Source: an uncultured Gemmatimonadaceae bacterium (GTDB lineage Bacteria > Gemmatimonadota > Gemmatimonadetes > Gemmatimonadales > Gemmatimonadaceae). Taken from it: a DNA stretch of 64,000 nucleotides. This document shows positions 52,511 to 64,000 of the stretch, piece after piece (positions within the stretch are counted from its first letter, which is position 1; each line of letters opens with the position of its first letter). The position numbers and the translations under genes were made by a program. The stretch covers positions 1,182,192-1,246,191 of the forward strand of contig CAWHHI010000016.1 in the NCBI GenBank assembly GCA_963829055.1, read 5' to 3'. Below the pieces are notes generated by a model that was not told where the DNA came from, searched no databases, and saw only the letters and a program-made list of their open reading frames with translations.

Positions 52511-53806
52511 TTAGAACCCGTACTCCAGCCCTCCCGTCCAGAGCGTGCTCGTTCGGAGGCCGCCGCGGTTGAGCGGAAGGAGCGCGTTCACGATGAACGT
52601 GAGCCCGCCCTTCGTTGCGAACTTGCCTCCAAGCGACACATTGAACAGATCGTCGCGCCGATCCGGAATGTTGCTGGGGACGATGGTACGCTGGAACGGA
52701 ATCTCGATTGTGACCGGCTCCGGAAGGGCGAGCTTCGTGTCGCCCATCTGCCATTCCGAGATGACATCCAGCGCGAACGTGGCCCAGGGTGCCAGCAAGC
52801 GATCGAACCCCGCCGTCGCCAGAAGCGCGTTCATCTGATCGTCGCCGCCGCGAATCGCCACACCGGCGTTCGCGTGCGGCGTGAATTCGCCGTAATGACC
52901 CGACACGATGGCGAGCAATCGCGTGGACGTGCCGCCCGATCCCAGGAAATTGTCCTCGTCACCCGTGGGCAGACGAACGTCGCCGAGAATCGCGAATCCC
53001 GTTCGCGCGTTCGCATTGCTCGGCGACAGGTTGATCTTCGCTCGCAGCGCGACGTCGCCGATGCCTGACGCGGACCCACTGACGCCAGCCACCGCCGACA
53101 GGATGGGACTCGCGGCAGTTCCACCGAAGTAATGCGACGGGTTCGGACCGAAAGGAACGATCTGACCATTACTGGTGCCATCGATGGACGTCGACACGTA
53201 CGGCACCGCAACGCTGACGTCGAACCGGTTGGTAACGCCGTACGTCGCAAACGCGACGGTCGCCAGCACGTCGACGTTGAGCGAGGTGCGCACGGTGATG
53301 AACTCGTTCTCGAACGCCGGGTTGCCTTCGCCCGGTGGATCGGTGTCCTGGTGCGTGAAGTTGAAGTTCAGCGCGCTCAGCGGAATCCCGCGGAGTGAGT
53401 TGAACCGGATCGAGCTCACATTCGCACCGACGAGCATTCGTCGTCGACCCAGCGTCTGCGCCCGCTCAGCGAAGATCGGACCACCCGAAAGATTCGTTCG
53501 GACCGGCGCACCGCCCTCGAACGTGTAGGTCACCCCGCTCGTGGTAGCGCTGATCGGGATGTTGCTGACGTTCGATCCCACCGCGCCACCGAGAAACGCG
53601 ATGATCGCCGCGTTGCCTGACTCGGCGGATGGAATGAAATGCTGCCCATGCGCATTGCCGGCGAGAACGAGCGCCGGCAGGCACAGCGGTTCGCCGCAAT
53701 TGCCGAAGGAGAACAAACCCTCCTCGAACTGCTGCCTCAGCCCCTGCGCCGGTGCGGTTTGCGACAGCATAACGAGCAATCCGAGCCCGATCGTGATTCG
53801 GCGCAT
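52511..53806 (-). CDS. Putative outer-membrane beta-barrel (transporter-like)
   Basis: Signal peptide, GIGDVALRAK, LPTGDEDNFLGSG, alternating strands, C-terminal GGLEYGF. Confidence 0.7.
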   Translation of the reverse strand: MRRITIGLGLLVMLSQTAPAQGLRQQFEEGLFSFGNCGEPLCLPALVLAGNAHGQHFIPSAESGNAAIIAFLGGAVGSNVSNIPISATTSGVTYTFEGGAPVRTNLSGGPIFAERAQTLGRRRMLVGANVSSIRFNSLRGIPLSALNFNFTHQDTDPPGEGNPAFENEFITVRTSLNVDVLATVAFATYGVTNRFDVSVAVPYVSTSIDGTSNGQIVPFGPNPSHYFGGTAASPILSAVAGVSGSASGIGDVALRAKINLSPSNANARTGFAILGDVRLPTGDEDNFLGSGGTSTRLLAIVSGHYGEFTPHANAGVAIRGGDDQMNALLATAGFDRLLAPWATFALDVISEWQMGDTKLALPEPVTIEIPFQRTIVPSNIPDRRDDLFNVSLGGKFATKGGLTFIVNALLPLNRGGLRTSTLWTGGLEYGF

Positions 53807-54060
53807 AGACCTTCCCTGGGTGAACGGAGTTCATCGTGCTCACCGCACATTTTCGATGCGCGGTTGGCGGCACACGACGACGTCGGCAGCTAACGGACTG
53901 AGGCGCCCGCAATTGTACGGGCCCAGCGAGCACGCCGCCAGCGTTGCGGCCTTGACTGGCGCTTGCGGGCGGACGCTCCGTCGACGCACCTTGCCAGCGA
54001 GAGCATGTCCGACGCGCTCTCGCCTGTTGACCTCCACTCGCCGACGAGCCTCACGGCGCC

Positions 54061-56440
54061 GTGACTTTGCCGCCTCTCGAATCCCCCACCGTTCCCGCTG
54101 CGCATTGCACGAGATGCGGGGCACCAGTCTTTTCGGGCGATCGATTCTGCGGTGGCTGCGGCTACAGTCTTACGGTGTGCGCGACCTGCGGCCGCACCGT
54201 GATGCCAGGCGCCGACTCCTGTACGGCGTGCGGCGCTTCCCTCGCGCCGGCGCCGCCGGCTGGTGATCCTGCCGCGCCATCAGCGGGCCCGGCGAGCGAA
54301 GGCGACCCGACCTGGGGGCCCGTCGTCGAGCGGCTTCGCGCTGCGTTCGCGAACGAATTCGAATTCGACGGCGAGCTCGGACGCGGCGGCATGGCTGCCG
54401 TCTTCCGCGCACGCGAGCTCGCGCTGAATCGACGCGTCGCGATCAAGGTCATGGCGCCCGGCCTCCTGCTCGGTGAAGGCATGGTCGATCGATTCCGGCA
54501 GGAAGCAATCACCGTCGCGAACCTCCAGCACTCGAACATCGTCGCCATTCATGGCGTGCGCACGCTCGGCGACCTGCACTTGTTCATCATGCAGTACATC
54601 CCCGGTCGCTCGCTCGATCGGGTGCTGCGCGATCGAGGCACGGTCTCCCTGGAAGCCGCGCGCGTGATCATGTATCACGTCGGGTCCGCGCTCGACTACG
54701 CGCATCGTCGCGGCGTCATCCACCGCGACATCAAGCCTGGCAACATCCTGCTCGACGGCGACGGCGATCCCGTCGTAACGGACTTCGGTATCGCGAAGGT
54801 GGCGGAGACGCCGGGCTACACGCGCGTGGGAACCGTCGTTGGAACGCCGACGTACATGAGCCCCGAGCAGTGCATGGGCTACGACGTCGGCCCCGCCAGC
54901 GATCAGTATGCGCTCGGCATCGTCGCGTTCGAGATGCTGACTGGCAGTCCACCGTTCGGCGGAACCGGCATGGCGATCATGCGCGCGCATACGGACCAGG
55001 CGCCGCCCTCGCTACGAGCAGCGCGCCCGGACATTCCGGAGTCCGTCGACGCCGCGATCGCACGCATGCTCGCGAAGAAGGCGGAAGATCGCTTCCCCGA
55101 TCTGGCGGCCGCGATTCTCGCGCTCGACGCGCACCCACTCAGTGCGCTCGGACCCGTGCGCGCCGAGATGTCGGCGCTGGCCGGCGCCGCGAGCGCCGAG
55201 ACGAACCTCGCTGAAATCGTTAGGGCGCCGCGCAGTCCCGCGCCGCAGAGCCAGACGCCGTTGCCGCCGCCGTCAGGCGACCGCGCAAAGACGATGCGCC
55301 CGGGCGTGGCCGCCATCCGCGTGGACCAGCCGCCTGACGCCGTCGAAGTCGGAGACTGCATCGTGCTGTCCGCGGTGCCGCGCTCGGACACTGGCGGTCG
55401 CGTCGATGGCGCGCGTCTCGTGTGGCGATCGTCGAACGACCTCGTTGCTACCGTCGACTCCGCGGGCGTGCTGACGGCGAATGCACCAGGTTCCGCGACC
55501 GTGACGGTTTCCGCTGGCGACGCTCGCGCTAGCGTCGACGTCGTCGTCGTGGCGCCGAGCGTCGCGACGATCGAGGTCGAGGTACCGACCGAGGTCCGAT
55601 CCGGGACGCGCGCGACGCTCGCCGCCCGCGCGCTCGATCGCCATGGCAAGCCGGTCGACGTTCCCGTGACGTGGAAGTCGCGCAATCCCGCCGTGGCTGC
55701 GGTAACCGATACGGGTGCGTTGTCGGCGCGGCGCCGCGGTACCGCCGTCGTCGTGGCTGAGGTCGCGGGTCTCGCGCGCGCGGTGACGATCACGATCACG
55801 TCCCCCCCGGTGGTCGACGTCGTCGTCGATGGCGTACCGCCGGCACTCGTCGTCGGAGCCACAGCGACGCTGCGCGGCATCGTGCGTACGGCGCGCGCGG
55901 CGGATGACGATCAGGTCCGCGCCGTCGAGTGGAAGTCGAGCGATCCCGCGGTCGCGACCGTATCGAGTGACGGCGTGCTGACCGCGCGCGCGAGCGGCCA
56001 GGCAACCATCACCGCGACTGTGCGAAGGCATTCGCGGGGCCGCTACGGTCACGGTGGTGAGTGTTCGCGCCGCAACGGTGGTCATCGCCGCTCCGCCCTC
56101 ACCACTTCGCCTCGGCGATCGCGTCATGCTCAAGGCGACGGTCTATGACGCGAGCGGGAATGTCGTGTCACGCCCGATAACGTGGCGCTCCACCGATCCG
56201 CGGGTCGCACCGATCGATCAGTCCGGCCAGCTCGTGGCGCAGAACGAAGGCTGGGCGATCGTCACGGCGCAGTCCGACGGCGTCGACGCGCACACCGAAG
56301 TGCTCGTTAGGCAGCAGGTCATCCCGATCTCCGCGAGTGGGCGGCGGGAGTCGCGACGTCTCGCGCTCCACTGGTGGGTGCTGCTCGCGGTCATCGCCGG
56401 CGCGATCGCCCTCGGCTGGAAGCTGCTGCTGCGCCGCTGA
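54061..56440 (+). CDS. Ser/Thr kinase paralog: double Zn ribbon, kinase, Big_2 x4, C-terminal TM (frameshift near 56020)
   Basis: CTRC..CGGC..CATC..CTAC, HRDIKPGN, DFG, WRSS/WKS Big_2 motifs, WWVLLAVIAGAIALGW. Confidence 0.9.
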
Positions 56441-57133
56441 TCAGCCCTTTTTCGGGGCGGCCGCGCGCACCTCGATGCGATGCACGAGGACTCGCGGCGG
56501 CGTGTCGATGGCATGGTGCACGGCTTCGGCAACGTCGTCCGCGGTGAGCATCCAGCTCGTGTCCCGTTCGCCGCGGAAGAAGTCCGTGGCGACTGAACCG
56601 GGGTTCACCACACTCACCTTCACGCCCTTGTCGCGGACCTCGAGCATCAGCGATTCGCTGAAGCCCATCACCGCGTGCTTGGTGCCGCCGTAGCACGTGC
56701 CGCCAACGAACGCGCTGCGGCCGGCAATCGATCCGACGATCACAATGTGACCGCGCCCGCGCTCGATCATCCCGGGCAGCACGGCGCGCGTGACATGAAA
56801 GAGCGCGTTGAAGTTCACGTCGACCATCGTGTTCCACTCCTCGACCGTGAGGTCGAGAAATGGTTTGAGAAATCCGACACCGGCGTTGTTCACGAGGACG
56901 TCGGCGCGGACACCCGTCAACGCGGTCGCGACGTGATCCGGCTTCGTGACATCGAGCTCGATCGCATCACAGGTCCCGCCGCGAGCCTGGATCTCGCTGC
57001 CCAGGGAATCGAGCTCGGGGCGCGACCGCGCGGCGGCCACGATGTGGTGCGTTGCGGCCAGCCGCAGCGCGATGGCGCGCCCGATGCCTCGGGACGCGCC
57101 AGTGATCACCGCAGTGCTTCGATTGTCTGCCAT
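56441..57133 (-). CDS. SDR family oxidoreductase
   Basis: TGASRGIG, LVNNAG, YGGTK. Confidence 0.93.
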   Translation of the reverse strand: MADNRSTAVITGASRGIGRAIALRLAATHHIVAAARSRPELDSLGSEIQARGGTCDAIELDVTKPDHVATALTGVRADVLVNNAGVGFLKPFLDLTVEEWNTMVDVNFNALFHVTRAVLPGMIERGRGHIVIVGSIAGRSAFVGGTCYGGTKHAVMGFSESLMLEVRDKGVKVSVVNPGSVATDFFRGERDTSWMLTADDVAEAVHHAIDTPPRVLVHRIEVRAAAPKKG

Positions 57134-57482
57134 TGCTGCAGCGTCTCGGGTCAGGGATTGCTCACGACGATGAGCGGCAGTGTCGTCACGCCGTCGGTCG
57201 TCGGCCACGAACATTCCACCGGCGCGCGATAGACCGCGATGACCACGAAACGGCGGAGAACCTGCCAATGCGAGTTCCGTTCGCATCGCTCGCGTGCACG
57301 TATATCGTAACCGACTGACCGACGGCGAGCGAAGCCGACGTGCTCGTGGTCAGCGCGAGCGACTCGGCAGTGATTGGTCCGTCTCCGCCGCCAGATTTGC
57401 GGCAGGGGCGGCTAGCCGTTGCCCCGCCTTGCACTCAGATTTTCAACCGCGCGCACTTCGAGCCACGACCAACACGCCTCCC

Positions 57483-58976
57483 ATGCGTCCATTCACAGCC
57501 ATCGCATCGACCGCCATTCTACCGGCCTTCCTGGCCGCCGGCGCCTCGGCACAGACCCCACGTGGGATCCCCAGTCGAGCCGCGGTCACGCACGTCGCGG
57601 ATTCGATCGCCGAGTCCGTAACACGAAACGGAGGGGTCGCTGGGCTGGCTATCGCGGTGCTTCGCGGCAACGACACGCTGGTAATGAAGGGATACGGCTC
57701 GGCCGATCTCGAGAACGATCTGCCTGCGACCGCGCAGACCGTCTACCGCATTGGCTCGGTGACGAAGCAGTTCACGTCCGTCGCCATCATGCAGCTCGTT
57801 CAGCAGGGCAAGCTGTCGCTCGACGACGACGTCACGAAGTACGTGCCGAACGCGCCGACGCACGGGCGACGCATCCTCGTCAGGCATCTGTTGAATCACA
57901 CGTCCGGCATCCCCAGCTACACGGACGTCGGGCCGGAATTCGGCCGGGTCGCTCGGCTCGATCTCTCGCACGATTCGCTGCTCGCGGTTGTCCGTGACGA
58001 CTCGCTGCAGTTCGAGCCAGGATCGCACTTCTACTACAACAACACCGGCTATTACCTGCTCGGCATGGTCATCGAGAAGGTGACGGGCAAGCCGTATGGG
58101 GACTATGTCCGCGACGCGCTGTTCGTGCCAAACGGTCTGACGTCCACGGTGTACTGCTCCGTTGGACCGACTCATCAAGCGGCGAGCACGCGGCTACGAT
58201 CGCGGACGCAATGGACTCGTCAACGCGGACTATATCGGCATGGACCTGCCGTTCGCGGCAGGTTCGCTCTGCTCGACCGTCGGCGACCTCGCGGCGTGGA
58301 CGCGTCTCCTCCACAGCGGGAAGCTCGTGAACGCGTCCTCGTTCGCGACCATGACCACACCCGTCAAGCTGACGAGCGGACGACCCATGTCCTACGGCTT
58401 CGGACTCTCGGTCGACACGCTGGGCACGCACCGCCGAATCCATCACGGCGGCGGCATCAACGGCTTCATCTCGGAGCTGGCGTACTACCCTAACGATTCG
58501 CTCACGGTCGTCGTGCTCGCGAACACGTCGCCGGCGCCGTCGGACCAGATCGCCGAAAACATCGCGCGCGTTCGCGTTCGGCATGCCGTTCCGCGACGGC
58601 GCCGCCGCGCCCGGCCGATCTCCCGATCGCCGCCGACGAGGCGAAGCGGCTCGCCGGGAACTATCGAGATCACGTTGCCCGATGGCTCGAGGCGAGCCGG
58701 CGACCGTCACCGCCAACGGCGAGCAGCTCATGCTGCAGATCGAAGGCCAGCCGGCAGTGCGCCTGATGAAGCAGTCCGCGCCTAACACGTTCGCGCGCGA
58801 TGGGCCAGCCGGGCCGTATCATGTTCGACGTCGCGAACGGAAGCGTGGTCGGCTTCGTGATCGACCGCGGCGCGCGACCGCTCGAGGCGGTGCGCGTACC
58901 GTACGCATCCGAGCGGTCGTCATTCCGAGCGGAGCGCTGCGGCGCGCGGGTGCCTCGGACGCACGACGAATCGTGA
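57483..58976 (+). CDS. Serine hydrolase, beta-lactamase class C/PBP family (frameshifts; end approximate)
   Basis: Signal peptide, IGSVTKQF, LLNHTSG, YNN, HGGGING. Confidence 0.88.
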
Positions 58977-58999
58977 TGCCCTGGGACTCGACGGGTGCG

Positions 59000-60527
59000 T
59001 TAGGCCGACAGCCCGGCCTCGATCGCCTTGATGACCGGATCGAACGACAAGCGGCGGCGCACCGACCCGCGCCGCCAACTCCGACGCGAGCTCGCGCTGC
59101 CCTTCGCCGAACAGCTCGCGCACCATCCACGGCCCGGCGCTCGGGTTCCGGTACCAGTCCTCATCGAACTGCGCGACGAGCACCTCGCGGAGTGCCGCCT
59201 GCAGCTGCCACGCGCGGAGATAGCGGGCCGAGTAGAACCGCGGGTCGACGTCCACGAACGCATCGGCCGTCCGGTACCGGAACGTTCGTCGCCGAGCTCA
59301 GGACTGTCGACGTACGCGTCGGGCAGCGACGACCACGAGTCGCCGCCGCCGTACAGCCGCAGCTCGTACAGCAGCTTCGCCGAGTAGCGCCGCAGGAACT
59401 GCAGCTCCTCGAACGCGGCCGCTCGCCGATACTCCGCCACCCGCGGCCTGCCTAACGCGGAGTACCGGAGCAGCCACCCGCTGTCGTGCAGCAGGTGGTC
59501 GAACAGCATCGCGTACCCTTCGGTGATCGAGTTGTCGCCGAGCCAGCGGAACTCGAACGGCAGGTCGTCACGCATGTACCCGAAGTGCAGCGCATGCCCC
59601 AGCTCGTGCAGCAGCGTGCGATAGTCCGTCGCGCCGCCGTGCGGCAGCAGCACGAGGTACACCTCGCGCGGGATGCGCACGGGCGCGCAGAACGCGCGCG
59701 ATCGCTTCCCGGGACGCGGCGCGAGATCGTAGATGATGCGCCCGTTCGCGTCACGGCTCGATGCCCATCGCCGTCACCTGCCGCCGCACCGCTGGCTCCA
59801 TGTCGCGCTGCCGGGAAAGTACGGATCGAACCGCGGCGCACGCATGAGCGCGAGTGCGTCGGCACGCGTCGCCTCGCCGGGCTTGATACCGAGTTGACGC
59901 CGAACGGCGTCGCCATGCACGTCCGCCCACATCGACTCCGTCTCGCGCAGAAACCGCTCGCATTCGCGCCGCCAGCGCGCGTAGGTCGATCCCGGACAGC
60001 GCCTCGAAGCTCGCGATGTAGTCGGGCGCGATCTCCAGCGATTCGATCAGGTCGCGCTCGCGCTGCAGCCGCTCGGCGCGCATGCGGCGCGAGCTCGCGT
60101 TCCACGAGCGCCGCACGCGCCTCGTCGAGCGCGAGACGTTCGTCGCGGTCCGTCTCAGTCGCCATGTCGACGGCCGCGCGCTGATACGGCACCTCGCGCC
60201 CGTCGGCCAGTCGGATCACGGCGGTCGCCTCCCACGCGATCAGCCGCTCGTCGAGCTCGACCAGCTGCGCGAGGCGTAGGATTCGACCTCCCAGTCGAGC
60301 AGCGCGCGCGCGGACCGCCAGTCTTCGCTGTCCGGCGCCGTCGTGCGAAACGCGTCGCGCGTGAGCTCGAGCGCGCCCGGCCCGAGCACGTGCGCGAACC
60401 GATCGTAGATCGGCCGCAGATCGGCGTTAGGCTTGTGTCCCGCCAGCGCGAGGTGCTGCTCGCGCGACAGGGCTTCCATGAACGCCTCGCCGTCTCGGCG
60501 AAGCGCGGCGAGCGTGAGGTCGGCCAT
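59000..60527 (-). CDS. M3-like oligoendopeptidase (frameshifted)
   Basis: LLHELGHALH zinc motif, ITEGYAMLF. Confidence 0.75.
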
Positions 60528-60546
60528 GCGTATTGCCCGATCGAGG

Positions 60547-61913
60547 CTACACGGTCGGGCCGATTCGTTCGCTGATGTAGCCGCGAAGCTGGTCGGCGGC
60601 GACGCGCACCTGCTGGAGCGTGTCGCGGTCGCGAACCGTGACCGTGCCGTCCTGCGTGGACTGGCCGTCGATCGTGATGCCGAACGGCGTGCCGACCTCG
60701 TCCTGACGGCGGTACCGGCGGCCGATCGCGCCGCCGTCGTCGTAGAAGACGGCGAACGACTTGCCGCAGATCATCCGCGACGCGACGTCGCCATCTCCGG
60801 CATGCCGTCCTTCTTCACGAGCGGGAAGACGCCGGCCTTGATCGGCGCGAGCGCGGGCGCGAGGCCGAGCACCGTCCGGCCCTCGCTCTCGCCCGGCACT
60901 TCCTCCTCGCGGTACGCGTTCACGAGCACCGCCAGCGTCGTGCGATCGGCGCCGACCGACGTCTCGATCACGAACGGAACGAAGCGCCGGTTGTTCGGCT
61001 GGTCGAAGTACTCGAGCTTCTTGCCCGAGTACTCCTGATGCGCGTCCGAGGTCGAAGTCGCGCGCGGTTGTGAACGCCTTCGATCTCCTGGAAGCCTAAC
61101 GAGCCGCCGAAGTCGAACTGGATGTCGAAGGCCGCGCGCGCGTAGTGCGCGAGCTTGCTTCGTGCTGCTTGTAGCGCAGCCGCTCCGGCGCGAGGCCGAG
61201 CGCGCGATGCCACTCCATGCGCTGCGCCTTCCAGTACTCGAAGTACTCCTCGTCCGTGCCCGGCTCGACGAAGAACTGCATCTCCATCTGCTCGAACTCG
61301 CGCGTGCGGAAGATGAAGTTCCCGGGCGTGATCTCGTTGCGGAACGCCTTGCCGATCTGCGCGATGCCGAACGGGATCTTCTGCCGCGTCGACTGCTGGA
61401 CGTTCAGGAAGTTCACGTAGATGCCCTGCGCCGTTTCCGGACGCAGGTACACGATGGACGCGCTCTCCTCCACCGGCCCCATGAACGTCTTGAACATGAG
61501 GTTGAACATGCCGCGGCTCGCTCAGCGTGCCCTTCGCATCCGCACACGGGACACTGCGCGTCGGGCGCGCCGGGCGTGCCCTTGATGGCCGGATCGTCCG
61601 CGCGAAAGCGGCGCTTGCAGTTCCGGCAGTCGACGAGCGGATCGGTGAACCCGGCGACGTGGCCGCTCGCCTCCCACACGCGCGGATGCATGAGGATCGC
61701 CGCGTCGAGCCCCTCGATGTCGTCGCGCGCGCGCACCATCGCGTGCCACCAGCGGTCCTTGACGTTCTTCTTCAGCTCGACGCCGAGCGGACCGTAGTCC
61801 CACACGGACCCGGTGCCTCCGTAGATCTCGGAGGACTGGAAGATGAATCCGCGTCGCTTCGCGAGCGACACGAGCTTCTCCATGACATCGGGATGTGCAG
61901 ACACGCTAGCCAT
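60547..61913 (-). CDS. glyQS: Glycyl-tRNA synthetase, homodimeric type (frameshifted)
   Basis: [66 protein letters not shown]. Confidence 0.96.
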
Positions 61914-61985
61914 GACCGGGCCGAAGGGCGCGAGGTTGGTTGGGCGGAGCGGGCGAACCCGAAATGTAACCGTCCCATTCCGCGC

Positions 61986-63008
61986 TCACGAATCCAGATC
62001 CCGGCTGATCTTCGCCGGCGGCGGCGCCGGCTCGACCCAGCACGCGCGCCACGATCTGATCGCCGTGAAAGCGGCCGTTCTCGATGAACACCTTGTTCGC
62101 GTCGTAGCCCGCGCACGACCACGCCGGCGATGAACACGCCCGGGCACGTTCGTCTCGAGCGTCTGCGGGATCGTGCGACGGAATGCCCGTCGTCGGGTCG
62201 ATCGTCACGCCCATGCCTGCCGCAGCAGATCCACGCTCGGCGCGAAGCCCGTCATCAGGAACACGTGGTCCGCCGGAATCGTCGAGACGGCAGCCGTCCG
62301 TCGACGCGAAGCGTGACGTTCTCCGCCCCGATCTCCGTCACCCGACTGTTCCACACGCGCCGCGATGCTCCCCTCGGCCACGCGATTCGTGAAGTCCGGC
62401 AAGCACCCACGGCTTGATCTTCTTGTCGAACGTCGGGCCGAAATGCACGAGCGTCACGCGCGCGCCTGCGCGCCACAGATCGAGCGCCGCTTCGGCCGCG
62501 GAGTTGCCGCCGCCCACGACCACCGCGTTCTGCTGGAACGCGTAGTGCCCTTCGCGATAGGCGTGCGTGACGTGCGGGAGATCCTCGCCGGGAACGCCGA
62601 GTCGGTTCGGCGATCCCCAGTAGCCCGGTCGCGATGACGACCGCGCGCGCGTCGGTCTCGCGCTCGACTCCGCGACGCGTCGTGCGCACGACGAACGCGC
62701 CGTCGCGCCCGTCGATGCGCGACACGCGCTCGTACTGCCGCACCGGAATCTCGAAGTACCGGACGACCGCGCGGTAGTACGCGAGCGCGTCACGCCGCGA
62801 TGGCTTCTCGCCCGGCGTGACGAACGGCAGCCCGCCTAACGACAGCTTCTCCGCCGTCGAAAAGAACGTCGCGTACGTCGGGATACTGCGTGATGGAGCT
62901 GACGACGCACTCGGCGTCGAACACGAGCGCGTCGAGCCCGGCGCGCCGCGCCGAGATCGCCGCCGCGAGCCCGCACGGCCCGGCGCCGACGATCGCGACG
63001 TCGATCAC
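61986..63008 (-). CDS. ypdA: YpdA-family FAD/NADPH disulfide reductase (frameshifted)
   Basis: [51 protein letters not shown]. Confidence 0.8.
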
Positions 63009-64000
63009 GCGATTCTGACTCGTCCCTGATTCCCGAGTCGTCCCGAGTCCCGATTCCCGACTATTCGCAGCCCAATGATCTGATCGCGCCGCGTTCCGAC
63101 GCTCACGTACACGATCGGCGCGTCCGACGAGCTCGCGAATGCGGTCGAGATACTCGACGCGCGTTCGCCGGCAGCGCGTCGAGCGTGCGCGCCTCGCTCG
63201 TCGATTGCTTCCACCCGTCGAACCACTCGTAGATCGGCTCGATGCGGTCGAGCGCCGTGACGTCGCCGGGAAACTCCGATACACGTCGTCGCCGACCCGG
63301 TAGCCGGTGCATATGCGCGATCGCGATCGAGCGTGTCGAGCACGTCGAGCTTCGTGACCGCGAGGCCGCTCAGGCCGTTCACGCGCGCCGCATAACGAAC
63401 GACCACGGCATCGAACCAGCCGCAGCGCCGAGGCCGCCCGGTCACGGCGCCGAACTCGTTGCCGAGCTGCCGAACGTGCTCACCGAGCGCGCCTTCGATT
63501 TCGGTCGGCAGCGGGCCGTGGCCCGACGCGCGTCGTGTACGCCTTCACGACGCCGAGCACGGCGTCGATCGCGGTAGGCGCGATGCCGACGCCGATCGCC
63601 GCGCCGCCTGACGTCGTGTTGCTCGACGTCACGAACGGATACGTGCCGTGATCGATGTCGAGCAGCGAGCCCTGCGCACCCTCGAGCAGCACGGCCGCGC
63701 CCGACTCGATCGCCTGGTGCACGCACAGCCCGACGTCCTCCGACAACGACAGCAGCCGAGGCGTGAGGCGCTCGAGCAGCTGCAACGGTCGCGTCCGCAT
63801 CGGCGCGCTTCGATCGGTGAAGCGCGCGAGCTGACCGTTGGCGTGCTCGACGCCGCGCTCCACGAGCTGACGCACGCGCTCCGGATGGCGAAGATCGAGC
63901 ACGCGAACGCCACGGCGCGCGATCTTGTCCTCGTACGCCGGCCCGATGCCGCGACCCGTCGTGCCGATCTCCTTGCTCGCCGAGCTCTCGCCGTCGAGCA
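63005..64000 (-). CDS. purA: Adenylosuccinate synthase, 5' end outside the window (frameshifted)
   Basis: [49 protein letters not shown]. Confidence 0.96.

Noticed and set aside
1380..62841. Integron attC cassette array suggested by GTTAGGC/GCCTAAC
   Set aside because: Sites lie mostly inside CDSs, are not paired at attC spacing after gene ends, and no integrase is present.
61986..63008. YpdA-like reductase as a novelty
   Set aside because: The family is widespread, and the housekeeping context between purA and glyQS is ordinary.
3513..64000. Mass pseudogenisation or programmed frameshifting
   Set aside because: Indels also break essential glyQS and purA and cluster in patches, which fits uncorrected long-read errors.

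Overview
High-GC (about 70%) bacterial DNA. It is probably Gemmatimonadota, an inference from gene style and content. The assembly is indel-rich: even glyQS, purA, tssC and clpV are frameshifted, so broken ORFs are read as sequencing errors. (1) 1-13.9 kb, minus-strand run: GAF histidine kinase, small hypothetical, ubiquitin-like protein, MoxR/DUF58/BatA/DUF4159 module, HDAC-family deacetylase, methyltransferase, orphan GvpL/F, Zn-ribbon Ser/Thr kinase, dipeptide epimerase. (2) 14-46.2 kb: a near-complete type VI secretion system with tssM, tssL, two tssK, tssB, tssC, hcp, tagJ, tssA, tssE, tssF, tssG, clpV and vgrG; no tssJ, fha or pppA was seen. Its unusual accessory genes are a TssB-TssC fusion lacking the C-terminal sheath domain, a coupled HemK-like methyltransferase, and a kinase-N-lobe-only Pro-rich membrane protein with repeated FTxxFG motifs. 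It ends in a myxobacterial-style DUF2169/PAAR-like/AHH-nuclease/immunity module. (3) 46.2-56.4 kb: a signalling island with a tandem kinase-N-lobe decoy-like protein, two paralogous Zn-ribbon/Ig-domain Ser/Thr kinases, an Ig-rich heme-motif lipoprotein and an outer-membrane beta-barrel. (4) 56.4-64 kb: SDR, serine hydrolase, M3-like peptidase, glyQS, YpdA-like reductase, partial purA. Across the whole window the octamer CGTTAGGC/GCCTAACG is strongly over-represented: about 39 copies by manual count against roughly 2 expected.
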